A stretch of 60,889 bases of DNA from an uncultured Clostridia bacterium. Lineage in GTDB: Bacteria; Bacillota; Clostridia; Christensenellales; UBA1242. How positions within the stretch are numbered: position 1 is the stretch's first letter; each line of letters begins with the position of its first letter. A model generated the notes under the pieces. The model had not been told where the DNA came from. It made no database searches and saw only the letters and a list, made by a program, of their open reading frames with translations. Below, one piece after another: positions 37,684 through 45,433 of the stretch. The stretch covers positions 1 to 60,889 of the forward strand of contig CANQUB010000003.1 of the NCBI GenBank assembly GCA_947626955.1, given 5' to 3'. Made by a program: the position numbers and the translations under genes.

Positions 37684-38214
37684 CTAAAGTTCTTTTTCCC
37701 TTTTTCGTATCATCTCTTTAAGTTTTGCCGCAAGTTTTTGGCTGGCCCATCCAAGCCTGTCCACTATCTTGGTGGCGTCAGCTATATATTCTCTCTCTTT
37801 TTCTTTCGACCAGCCCGCCGGGGTTTCATAGAGGTTGCAAATTCTATCGGCCAGCTTCACGGCCGCCACCTCTTTGCTCTTTAGCGCGTTTATCCTCGAA
37901 AGGCTGTCACCAAGCCTGTCTTCATATTTTAGCTCTTGGTTTTTGGTCAGCGCCAACACTCCCGCCGCCACCTTGTCGCCAAAATGCTCTTTTAAATACT
38001 CCAGCGTAAGCGGGGTGTCTTCCAGCGTGTCATGCAAGAGCGCCACGGTTTGAGCAAACTCGATGTCCAAATCTTTCTCGGCGTTTTCTCCAATTATATT
38101 TGCCACCATAATGCAGTGGTTATAATATGGCACTTCCTTGCCATCCACAATGTACTTTTGCTTTGCATGCATTCTTTTGCAAAGCTTCAACGCCTCTTCT
38201 TTTATCATAAGCAT
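37684..38214 (-). CDS. HD-domain protein, RelA/SpoT-hydrolase (Mesh1)-like
   Basis: PYYNHCIMVA, ALLHDTLEDT, VKLADRICNL; start uncertain (38214 or 38208). Confidence 0.85.
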   Translation of the reverse strand: MLMIKEEALKLCKRMHAKQKYIVDGKEVPYYNHCIMVANIIGENAEKDLDIEFAQTVALLHDTLEDTPLTLEYLKEHFGDKVAAGVLALTKNQELKYEDRLGDSLSRINALKSKEVAAVKLADRICNLYETPAGWSKEKEREYIADATKIVDRLGWASQKLAAKLKEMIRKREKEL

Positions 38215-38464
38215 AAAATAAATGAATTTTCGCACTTTGTCAATAATTTCTCCCACATTAGCCCACCAACCCCTCTTGTTTCCCTCGCACCATCAAAGCC
38301 ATTTTCAAATTCACACTTTGTTACAAACAATGATTTTATCTCTTCAATAGAAAACTAATTTGAGCAAAAGAAAGTTTAGAAAGAAGCATTTAATGCAAAA
38401 ACTCAGTCACCCGACTGAGTTTTTTCGTTTCTTTTTGCATCCCATTTTCTATTTCTACTACAAA

Positions 38465-38555
38465 TAAAAAAGTAGGCATATAGCCTACTTGCCAAATTCC
38501 ATTGGCCGGTGCATATAACAACGTTATATACCGCTTACCAAGTTTTCACTTGTCA
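38465..38555 (-). ncRNA. Candidate stand-alone small RNA (~90 nt)
   Basis: TTGACA (38584-38589)-16-TATAAT (38562-38567) promoter, three short hairpins and terminator aagtaggc/gcctactt plus U-run; no meaningful ORF. Confidence 0.45.
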
Positions 38556-38609
38556 CAAAATATTATATAATAATAATTTTTATTGTCAATGGCTTTCTAC
38601 AAAAATTTT

Positions 38610-38704
38610 CTCCCCTCATCAAACTCGTTGAGTTCGACTCTCCTTTGCTTAGGGATACCAGCAAAAGAAAACCGCCCACAAGGGGCGGTTCTTTTTGCTG
38701 GTAG
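38610..38704. repeat. M4 fragment, inverted tRNA-Glu 3' copy, terminator and left att-like core
   Basis: gagttcgactctcctt...gggatacca at 38631-38660 mirrors the tRNA-Glu 3' end; hairpin tacca-gcaaaa..ccgccc/gggcgg..tttttgc-tggta; tggtag at 38699-38704. Confidence 0.7.
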
Positions 38705-38726
38705 AGCCCGATGCGTGTAAATCGAA

Positions 38727-39149
38727 TTATATATTTATCGTTGCAATAAAATCATCAAATTTATAAACTTTGCATGGTGGATTCATAGGTCCGTCGTTTG
38801 CATATTCAAGTATTGCGGAATCATTGAAACGAACCCAGCAATAAGTTCTAAAACTACCATCTTTACACTTTATATTATTGTCTAATAATATTTCGCACAA
38901 TAATTCAATTTGGTCTTGATTGTATGTCACAATAATTTCTTCATAGTGTATTAAATCAAAGATCCTTTTATTCTTTTGGGATAATATTTTATATATTTCT
39001 TCATGCTCACTATTTTTTATCATTTCTATTTCGTTATTTGAGACTTTAGCCATGTTGGTTTTAATAGAATTAAACTTTTGTATTTGATTAGCAAATTGTG
39101 TTTTAATATTTTTAATATCGTTATCGTTTACTATTTCTATATATTTCAT
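38727..39149 (-). CDS. Hypothetical protein (island cargo)
   Basis: 140-aa AT-rich ORF with ggag RBS. Confidence 0.65.
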   Translation of the reverse strand: MKYIEIVNDNDIKNIKTQFANQIQKFNSIKTNMAKVSNNEIEMIKNSEHEEIYKILSQKNKRIFDLIHYEEIIVTYNQDQIELLCEILLDNNIKCKDGSFRTYCWVRFNDSAILEYANDGPMNPPCKVYKFDDFIATINI

Positions 39150-39250
39150 CTCTAACTCCTTTCTTATTTACGAATAATAATAAAATAATATTTTTGCGTC
39201 TTTGTATTTATATTTGCTCCAATTTTTTAGTATTTGTCTATTAATGGGAA

Positions 39251-40519
39251 CTAAATATTACCACTTGTCCCGTTGTATCCGTTATTCCAGCTATCATAAT
39301 CATAAATCAATTGTCTTTCCGTATTGTCAAGTTCGTCCTTTGTGTCACATTTTATTATTTTAATTTCAAACAACAAGGATTTATCGTCATAAGCTGAGGT
39401 ATAATAGTCTTCTGCAAAAATCGGATTTAGAGGTATTGTTCCTTTAAAGTGTTGCTTTAATCTTTTCAATACGTCTTTAGATTGTCCCACATAATACTTA
39501 TCTTTTTCTTTGTTGTGAATTATATAGCAACCTATAATTTTTTCATATTCTATCCCAGAAAACATTTTTAACGGGATGAAATCTGCATCTTCTTGTATAT
39601 AATCAACAAGAGGAGTCACTTCGGATATTTTTTGTGCATATGTTATTTTAATTTCGTTTATTTGTTGTTCACATTCTTTTCTTTTACTTGCGATATCTTT
39701 TTTAAATGTATCTATTGAATGTTTGTTGTTTTGGATAATTAAACTCTCATCATCAATTACCTTTTGTAAGTTATCGTTTTTTATTTGTAACAAGGTTATA
39801 GAATTTAAAATTTTTGTTTTTCTCTTATTTGAGATTAAATATGTGTATATTCCCAAAGTGAAAATGCTTTTAATTAAACTAGGTGTTGCCTCTTCTATAT
39901 TTTTTATGATCAATTCTTTCTTTTGACATTTTTTATTTATTTTTTTAAGTCTCTTGTTTAATTTGCTCAAAATTAAATCATGTTCTTCTATTGATTTATT
40001 ACAATTTGATATTTCATTTTCCTTGGTCATTTTAAAATTATTAAAAGTAATTGAATTTTTTTGAAGTAATTCATTTTTTTCTCGAATCAAATAGTTTTTT
40101 ATAAACCAAGACGGCATCAACTCTTCATTGTTTAAACTTAAAATAATTTCCTCTGCAAAAAGACGTATTAATTCATCTTCATGAATATTTAAGGTTTCCA
40201 ATAGGGAGTTGGTAAGTTTAATGGATTTTTTTATGGTCTTATTTCTTATTTTCCACTCGGAGAAAACGGGATACTTAACATAATTCTGAGTAATATAACG
40301 CTCAATAGTCCTATACTGTTGACTTTGTAAAAATTCAATCCTAGTTATGCGAGTTTCTGGATTAAATTCCACACTTTGTACTGCATACTTGGGTGGTAAT
40401 TCTTTTATATTTCCACCCTGTGCTTTTATCAATTGCTCATTGTTTTGCACTTTTTGTGCATGATTGATAGAAGCGGCTAGTCTCTTTATAGATGTCATTG
40501 AAATTAAACTTCTTGTCAT
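39251..40519 (-). CDS. Coiled-coil protein with C-terminal GIY-YIG nuclease domain
   Basis: IGCYIIHNKEKDKYYVGQSKDVLKRLKQHF; central coiled coil with short hydrophobic segment; ends GYNGTSGN. Confidence 0.85.
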   Translation of the reverse strand: MTRSLISMTSIKRLAASINHAQKVQNNEQLIKAQGGNIKELPPKYAVQSVEFNPETRITRIEFLQSQQYRTIERYITQNYVKYPVFSEWKIRNKTIKKSIKLTNSLLETLNIHEDELIRLFAEEIILSLNNEELMPSWFIKNYLIREKNELLQKNSITFNNFKMTKENEISNCNKSIEEHDLILSKLNKRLKKINKKCQKKELIIKNIEEATPSLIKSIFTLGIYTYLISNKRKTKILNSITLLQIKNDNLQKVIDDESLIIQNNKHSIDTFKKDIASKRKECEQQINEIKITYAQKISEVTPLVDYIQEDADFIPLKMFSGIEYEKIIGCYIIHNKEKDKYYVGQSKDVLKRLKQHFKGTIPLNPIFAEDYYTSAYDDKSLLFEIKIIKCDTKDELDNTERQLIYDYDSWNNGYNGTSGNI

Positions 40520-40539
40520 GTTTTCTCCTTATTTGTGAA

Positions 40540-41565
40540 TTATCCTTCATCTTTTTGGTTTTCGTTTTTAGTTGATTTTATTGGATTTAGTAAAAGTTTA
40601 CTAGAGTCAGATATTGGTTTTGTAATAGTTTGAATCATTTCGATTTGTTGTTGAATATAATCAGTTTGAACCTTTTTTAAAGCATCTGCTAATTCTCTTA
40701 GAACAGGAGTAGTACATTTTTGTAAATTATTTTTTAAGGTCTTTCGAAACTTATTTAACACATCAGAGTTATATAAAGGAGACAGAAAATCAATACTCTC
40801 ATAGGTTTGTTCACTCAGCATTTTCTTTTCTTGATTTTCAATTTCTTTTAACTTCCTCATGGAATTATCGTTTTCACTGCCATTTATGTTTTGTAAAGCA
40901 GTCGTTAAATCTAATTCATCACAAATGTCTATAAGCTTAAAATTTGTTGTTCTGTTGAATTCATTGGCTAAAAATTCTTTATTTTTTATGAATCCGTTAT
41001 CTTTTGTAACAATAACAATATCTGATTTTATCCAATTTATTAAACTTTCCCAAATTATTTCATCCCCAACAGTTTTTTTATCAGACATTGGTGGATTCCC
41101 TATATACTTTCTCTTTAACGCTTTATCTACTATTTCATCAGTTCTTGGTATAACAGTAAATTGTGTTAATTCGTTTTTTAAAAAAGCTTTTAATGAACTA
41201 TTATTTTGATAATAAACTGAGGTATGTAATTTTTCGTTTTCTTTTGTTAAAACTATTGCTTTTTTAACTATTTCTTTTTCGTCGGGGCATAAGAATTTAT
41301 ATTGAATTGGTTTTATATTTACTTGTTTGCCTAAATTATTATCTTTGTTATTTTCAAAATGATTGGGCAAATTTCTATATAGTTCATCAATTGTTTGCTG
41401 TGTAAATATAATATTATTTTTATGTGACTTTATAACACGAATAAATGTTTCGAATTCTTCTTTTGTAAGCCATAAATAGCTTAAAAATATATTTGAGTCT
41501 AAAACGATTTTTATATCTGGATTTTTTTGAACTTTATAGTCTACATTTAATCTATTTTGTGTCAT
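40540..41565 (-). CDS. PIN-domain protein (DUF4935-like)
   Basis: IVLDSNIFL, QQTIDELYRN, VGDEIIWESL, IVTKDNGF acidic tetrad pattern. Confidence 0.82.
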   Translation of the reverse strand: MTQNRLNVDYKVQKNPDIKIVLDSNIFLSYLWLTKEEFETFIRVIKSHKNNIIFTQQTIDELYRNLPNHFENNKDNNLGKQVNIKPIQYKFLCPDEKEIVKKAIVLTKENEKLHTSVYYQNNSSLKAFLKNELTQFTVIPRTDEIVDKALKRKYIGNPPMSDKKTVGDEIIWESLINWIKSDIVIVTKDNGFIKNKEFLANEFNRTTNFKLIDICDELDLTTALQNINGSENDNSMRKLKEIENQEKKMLSEQTYESIDFLSPLYNSDVLNKFRKTLKNNLQKCTTPVLRELADALKKVQTDYIQQQIEMIQTITKPISDSSKLLLNPIKSTKNENQKDEG

Positions 41566-41747
41566 TTATACCTCCAACTTTTGTAGTTTTTTCAATTTGT
41601 ATATTAGATAAACCCCGAGTAATTTTGTTCTATTATCAATTTTTCTAAATACTATAACTATTAATAATCACAACCATTATAGCATAATTTTTATAAAAAA
41701 ATATATTTTTCGGAGTAAAATATAAATTATTTTAATTTGGGATTCTG

Positions 41748-42219
41748 GCGTGTGCTTGTCTTGATACAAGTGGCGTCGCTTTGCTCCGCCAAGACAAGCA
41801 CACGCGGACTAAACTGACTGACTAATTAAAAAGAGAAGATAACTCGCTTAAAAGCGGTGGCTAATTTGTGTCCCCGGGACAAGCCGATCGTGGAGCACAA
41901 ATCTTAACGCCACCGCATTTTTTGTTTTATTCTTTTTTCAAACTTTTAACACGAAAAACCATTAAAGCAAAACGATTGTGTTTCCAACTTTTCAAACGAA
42001 AGTTGCAATCAATCTATGCTTTTATAATTTTTTGGTGTAAACTTTGGAAAAAGTTGAGGGCGTGAGGATAAGACGTGTGCTTGTCTTGAACAAGTAACCC
42101 GTTTTTGCTCACAACCTTTTCAACCCCAAAACAGCCATTTGAGATTATGGCGTGTGCTTGTCTTGATACAAGTAGCAAAATATTATTTGGCATTTATGCG
42201 TGTGCTTGTTTATACAAGT
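41748..42219. repeat. Iteron/oriT-like 22-24-bp repeats (4 direct, 1 inverted partial)
   Basis: gcgtgtgcttgtcttgatacaagt at 41748 and 42150; variants at 42074 and 42198; inverted caagacaagcacacgc at 41790-41805. Confidence 0.8.
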
Positions 42220-42503
42220 AACACGCTTTTTATATTTTTCAAAAAAACGCAAAAATGAAGCAAAAAGTTGTCATTTGTATGGTTTTTTATGGGTTTTTGT
42301 TAGGAAATTATGCAGTTTTTGTGCAGTTTTAGTTTCTAACACTCTTCAATAAAAGTGTGTTAGTATTCAATCGTGCCGAGCAAAACAGAGCACAAAACAA
42401 GGAGTTTTTGCCATGAAAGTATCCTTTACAAATTCCCTAGACACGAGCGTTTTAGACAAGAGTTTTTATCTAAAAATGCTTGAAGAGATACAAGTATTAA
42501 AAA

Positions 42504-42646
42504 GTCTTTCGACAAGTGGTGGGTAAACAAACCCAACTGCGTTGTCAAGGGTGGACCAATAGACCATCAAGGTGGCTTGATTAAACGAGCAACAAGTTGC
42601 CCTTGACAACTTGCCGTGTTTGTTTTGGTGGTGGGTGTCGAAAGAC
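42504..42646. other. 143-bp foldback in the recombinase leader
   Basis: gtctttcgaca 42504-42514 / tgtcgaaagac 42636-42646; gttgtcaaggg 42541-42551 / cccttgacaac 42600-42610. Confidence 0.65.
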
Positions 42647-42678
42647 AAAAAAACGAAATTAAAAGGAGTGAAAGAAAA

Positions 42679-44175
42679 ATGAAAACAGCAGTTGTATATG
42701 CAAGGTATTCATGCGACAACCAAACCGAACAATCTATCGAGGGTCAATTAAGGGTGTGCGAGCAATATGCAAAGAACAATGACATTTTGATTCTTGACAC
42801 CTACATTGACCGAGCCATGACGGGCACAAATGACAATCGACCAGCTTTTCAAAAGATGCTAAAAGACAGCAAGAGCAAGGAGTGGAATTATATTCTTGTT
42901 TACAAGTTGGACAGATTTTCACGAAACAAGTATGAGGCAACAATACACAAACACACACTTGCAAATTATGGCGTTAAAGTTTTATCTGCCATGGAGAATA
43001 TCCCAGACACGCCCGAGGGGATAATACTTGAAAGTCTGCTAGAGGGCATGAATCAATACTACTCTGCCGAACTTGCACAAAAGGTCAAGCGTGGTATGTA
43101 TGAAAGCCGAATAAAAGGCAACTTTACAGGTGGCGTTCTACCTTATGGCTACAAGCTTGACGGAAAGAAGATTATCATTGACGAGCAAAAGGCGGAAGTT
43201 GTTAGGTATATGTATAGCCAATACGCAATAGGCGTTTCAGTAACCGACATAATAAAGAGCCTAACCAATCGTGGAATACTTAACAAGAACAAACCATTTG
43301 TGCATAACACCGTTTACAAAATGCTTAAAAACGAAAGATACAAAGGAATTTATCGACTTGATGGTAACGTCTTTGATAAATTATTTCCACAAATTATTGA
43401 CGATGAGCTCTATGAAAAAGTGCATAAGAAAGTTGAATTGAACAGATTTGGGACAACAAGTGTAAAATCTTTCTACTTGTTTAGAAACAAACTGACTTGC
43501 GGTTATTGTGGTATGCCAATAAGTGCCGAGTCTTGCAGAAATAGAAAGCACGAAAAAGTGAACTATTACAAGTGCTCTGGAATTAAAAAACACAGAAATG
43601 GGTGCGTTAAAACTACCATAAGGCAAGACGTTTTAGAAAAGTTTTTGCTAGACACCATTATTGACGAGTTAAAAAAGCCAAAGAACATGGCGTTAATAGT
43701 TAAGCAGATAATGGACTTGCAAAACAGCAACGCAAACAATTCATTTTTGGAAATGTTATTAAAGGCGAAAAAACAAGCCGAGAACGCTCTTGACAATGTT
43801 ATGCAAGCGATTGAGCGTGGAATCATAAACAAGACCACCAACAAGCGAATGTGCGAGCTAGAAGAACAAATTGAGCAGTTGGAAAAGCAAATAATCGTTG
43901 AGCGGAGTAAAACGGGCGTAAAAATAAGCGAAAAAGACATAATTCAATATTACACACAAGCATTAAACAACTCTGCATTGTGGATAGTGAGCAACCTAAT
44001 AAAAGAGATAAAGCTTTACAACGATAAAGTGGAAATAACCTTTAATAACCCATACAAAAAGAGTCCTGACGATAAGGGCTCTTCTTTTTTGTCTATAATT
44101 AAAAACTTGTATTTACAACACCCAAGAAAAAATCAACTTATAGCAATTAAAACGCAAGTGGATTTTTATGTTTAG
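42679..44175 (+). CDS. Large serine recombinase (resolvase, recombinase, zinc-ribbon domains)
   Basis: AVVYARYS..QSIEGQ, DRPAFQKML, VYKLDRFSRN, LPYGY, LTCGYCG..YYKC; start refined to ATG 42679 (aaggag RBS). Confidence 0.96.
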   Translation: MKTAVVYARYSCDNQTEQSIEGQLRVCEQYAKNNDILILDTYIDRAMTGTNDNRPAFQKMLKDSKSKEWNYILVYKLDRFSRNKYEATIHKHTLANYGVKVLSAMENIPDTPEGIILESLLEGMNQYYSAELAQKVKRGMYESRIKGNFTGGVLPYGYKLDGKKIIIDEQKAEVVRYMYSQYAIGVSVTDIIKSLTNRGILNKNKPFVHNTVYKMLKNERYKGIYRLDGNVFDKLFPQIIDDELYEKVHKKVELNRFGTTSVKSFYLFRNKLTCGYCGMPISAESCRNRKHEKVNYYKCSGIKKHRNGCVKTTIRQDVLEKFLLDTIIDELKKPKNMALIVKQIMDLQNSNANNSFLEMLLKAKKQAENALDNVMQAIERGIINKTTNKRMCELEEQIEQLEKQIIVERSKTGVKISEKDIIQYYTQALNNSALWIVSNLIKEIKLYNDKVEITFNNPYKKSPDDKGSSFLSIIKNLYLQHPRKNQLIAIKTQVDFYV

Positions 44176-44339
44176 CGGTGTTTATTCCATGGTGTTCTTG
44201 ACATGAGCCTCCAAGGAACGATTATGGTGGGCAATGGGGCAAGCAACAATTCGCTACGCTCGTTTTTATTGCCTTGGCGGATAGCCTAATCGTTCCGTTC
44301 CTCATGTCAAGAACCTTTCACGGCATAAAGCACCGCTAA
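44172..44339. other. 168-bp foldback starting at the recombinase stop codon
   Basis: ttagcggtg/caccgctaa ends; gttcttgacatgag 44194-44207 / ctcatgtcaagaac 44301-44314; ggaacgatta/taatcgttcc. Confidence 0.7.
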
Positions 44340-44385
44340 ACCACAAAAGAAAAAGTCTAAACCGTTGTTCGATTTAGACTGCTTA

Positions 44386-44460
44386 TGGTAGTCCCAAGGA
44401 GAGTCGAACTCCTCACTTCGCCGTGAAAGGGCGATGTCTTAACCGATTGACCATGGGACC
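44386..44460 (-). tRNA. tRNA-Glu (TTC)
   Basis: 75-nt cloverleaf GGTCCCA...TGGGACTACCA; anticodon arm TCGCC-CTTTCAC-GGCGA. Confidence 0.95.
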
Positions 44461-44464
44461 ATGT

Positions 44465-44541
44465 TGGTAGCGGCTGCGGGGCTTGAACCTGCGACCTACT
44501 GGGTATGAACCAGTCGCTCTAGCCAGCTGAGCTAAGCCGCC
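44465..44541 (-). tRNA. tRNA-Met (CAT), elongator type
   Basis: 77-nt cloverleaf GGCGGCT...AGCCGCTACCA; anticodon arm ACTGG-TTCATAC-CCAGT. Confidence 0.93.
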
Positions 44542-44552
44542 GTTACTCGCAT

Positions 44553-44581
44553 ATTTTATTATGAATTTTAGTTTTTGTCAA
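44553..44581 (-). promoter_or_regulatory. Sigma-A promoter of the tRNA-Met/tRNA-Glu operon
   Basis: TTGACA-17-TAAAAT on the minus strand just upstream of tRNA-Met. Confidence 0.8.
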
Positions 44582-44601
44582 CACTTTTTCACCAACTCAT
44601 G

Positions 44602-45282
44602 CTAGAACAATGAAATTTGTTCGGTCTGCCCGGTGAGTTTATAAACTTTTTCAAAGGCTTCTTTGCTCTCAAGACTCTTTTCAAGCAGTCCCCGTCTCTT
44701 AAGCCCAACAGCAATGGCCACCGCACGTGCCGGGCAGTCCACCGCATTCTCTTGACTTGGCTCGATGTCGGTGAACACGTCATATTTTAGCGCCTCGTTT
44801 AAAAAATCGCTGTTTTGGCAAAGCGTACGCAAATAAAGGTAGTCGTAAAACATATTGCTAGGCACCGTTCCCCACTCCTGCCCCTCAAAGACATATTTTA
44901 TAAGCTGCCCCGAGTTTTTCAGCCTTTTGTTAGACGAGGCCTCATCGGGGGTCACTTTCAAAAGATCGACAAAAGGTCCGCCTGCCTCAAAGACCTTGGA
45001 GGCCTCAAACAGGCACTTGACCGAGACATATCTTCGCAGCTTTTTGACCTGCATCTTGAGGTTTTGATCGCACAGCTTTACCCCCACTCGCTCGGGCGAA
45101 TACAGCGAAACCTCAAGTATCTTTGCCCCCGGGCTTGCTTTTTTTATGGCCTCATGCATAGAGACAATGCTCTTTCTTTTTTGGCTGGCTGCAAAGCCAC
45201 GAAAATACCAAAACTCCACCCCTTTCTCATCGTAAAGTTTTTCCCCGCTGTCGTTTACCACATAATATATTCTTTCGCTCAT
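44602..45282 (-). CDS. DarT1-associated NADAR-like protein (DUF6977-like), diverged motifs
   Basis: GFAASQKRKSIVSMHEA, ILEVS, SKVFEAGGPF, RLKNSGQL, FYDYLY, FTDIE; start ATG 45282 or GTG 45288. Confidence 0.75.
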   Translation of the reverse strand: MSERIYYVVNDSGEKLYDEKGVEFWYFRGFAASQKRKSIVSMHEAIKKASPGAKILEVSLYSPERVGVKLCDQNLKMQVKKLRRYVSVKCLFEASKVFEAGGPFVDLLKVTPDEASSNKRLKNSGQLIKYVFEGQEWGTVPSNMFYDYLYLRTLCQNSDFLNEALKYDVFTDIEPSQENAVDCPARAVAIAVGLKRRGLLEKSLESKEAFEKVYKLTGQTEQISLF

Positions 45283-45433
45283 AATCACCTTTATATTACC
45301 ATTTTTTCGCCGCTAAAACAAGTACTTAAAAGATACGCAAGCCTTTTAAATTTTATTTTTTAAAAAGCTGTCGATGTCCGTTTTTTTGTACATAGTGTGT
45401 GGTATTATGCTAGTATCCAAAGGAGGAAAAAAT

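Larger units (their letters stand above)
38699..44391. mobile_element. Serine-recombinase integrative element inserted at the tRNA-Glu 3' end
   Basis: Large serine recombinase at the tRNA-proximal end, visibly AT-rich cargo, tggtag direct repeat at 38699-38704 and 44386-44391. Confidence 0.72.

Noticed and set aside
38699-44391. Prophage or conjugative element
   Set aside because: No structural phage, relaxase, coupling-protein or T4SS genes; treated as a small integrative islet.
44602-45282. Complete DarTG/NADAR toxin-antitoxin system
   Set aside because: No DarT-like ADP-ribosyltransferase is adjacent.
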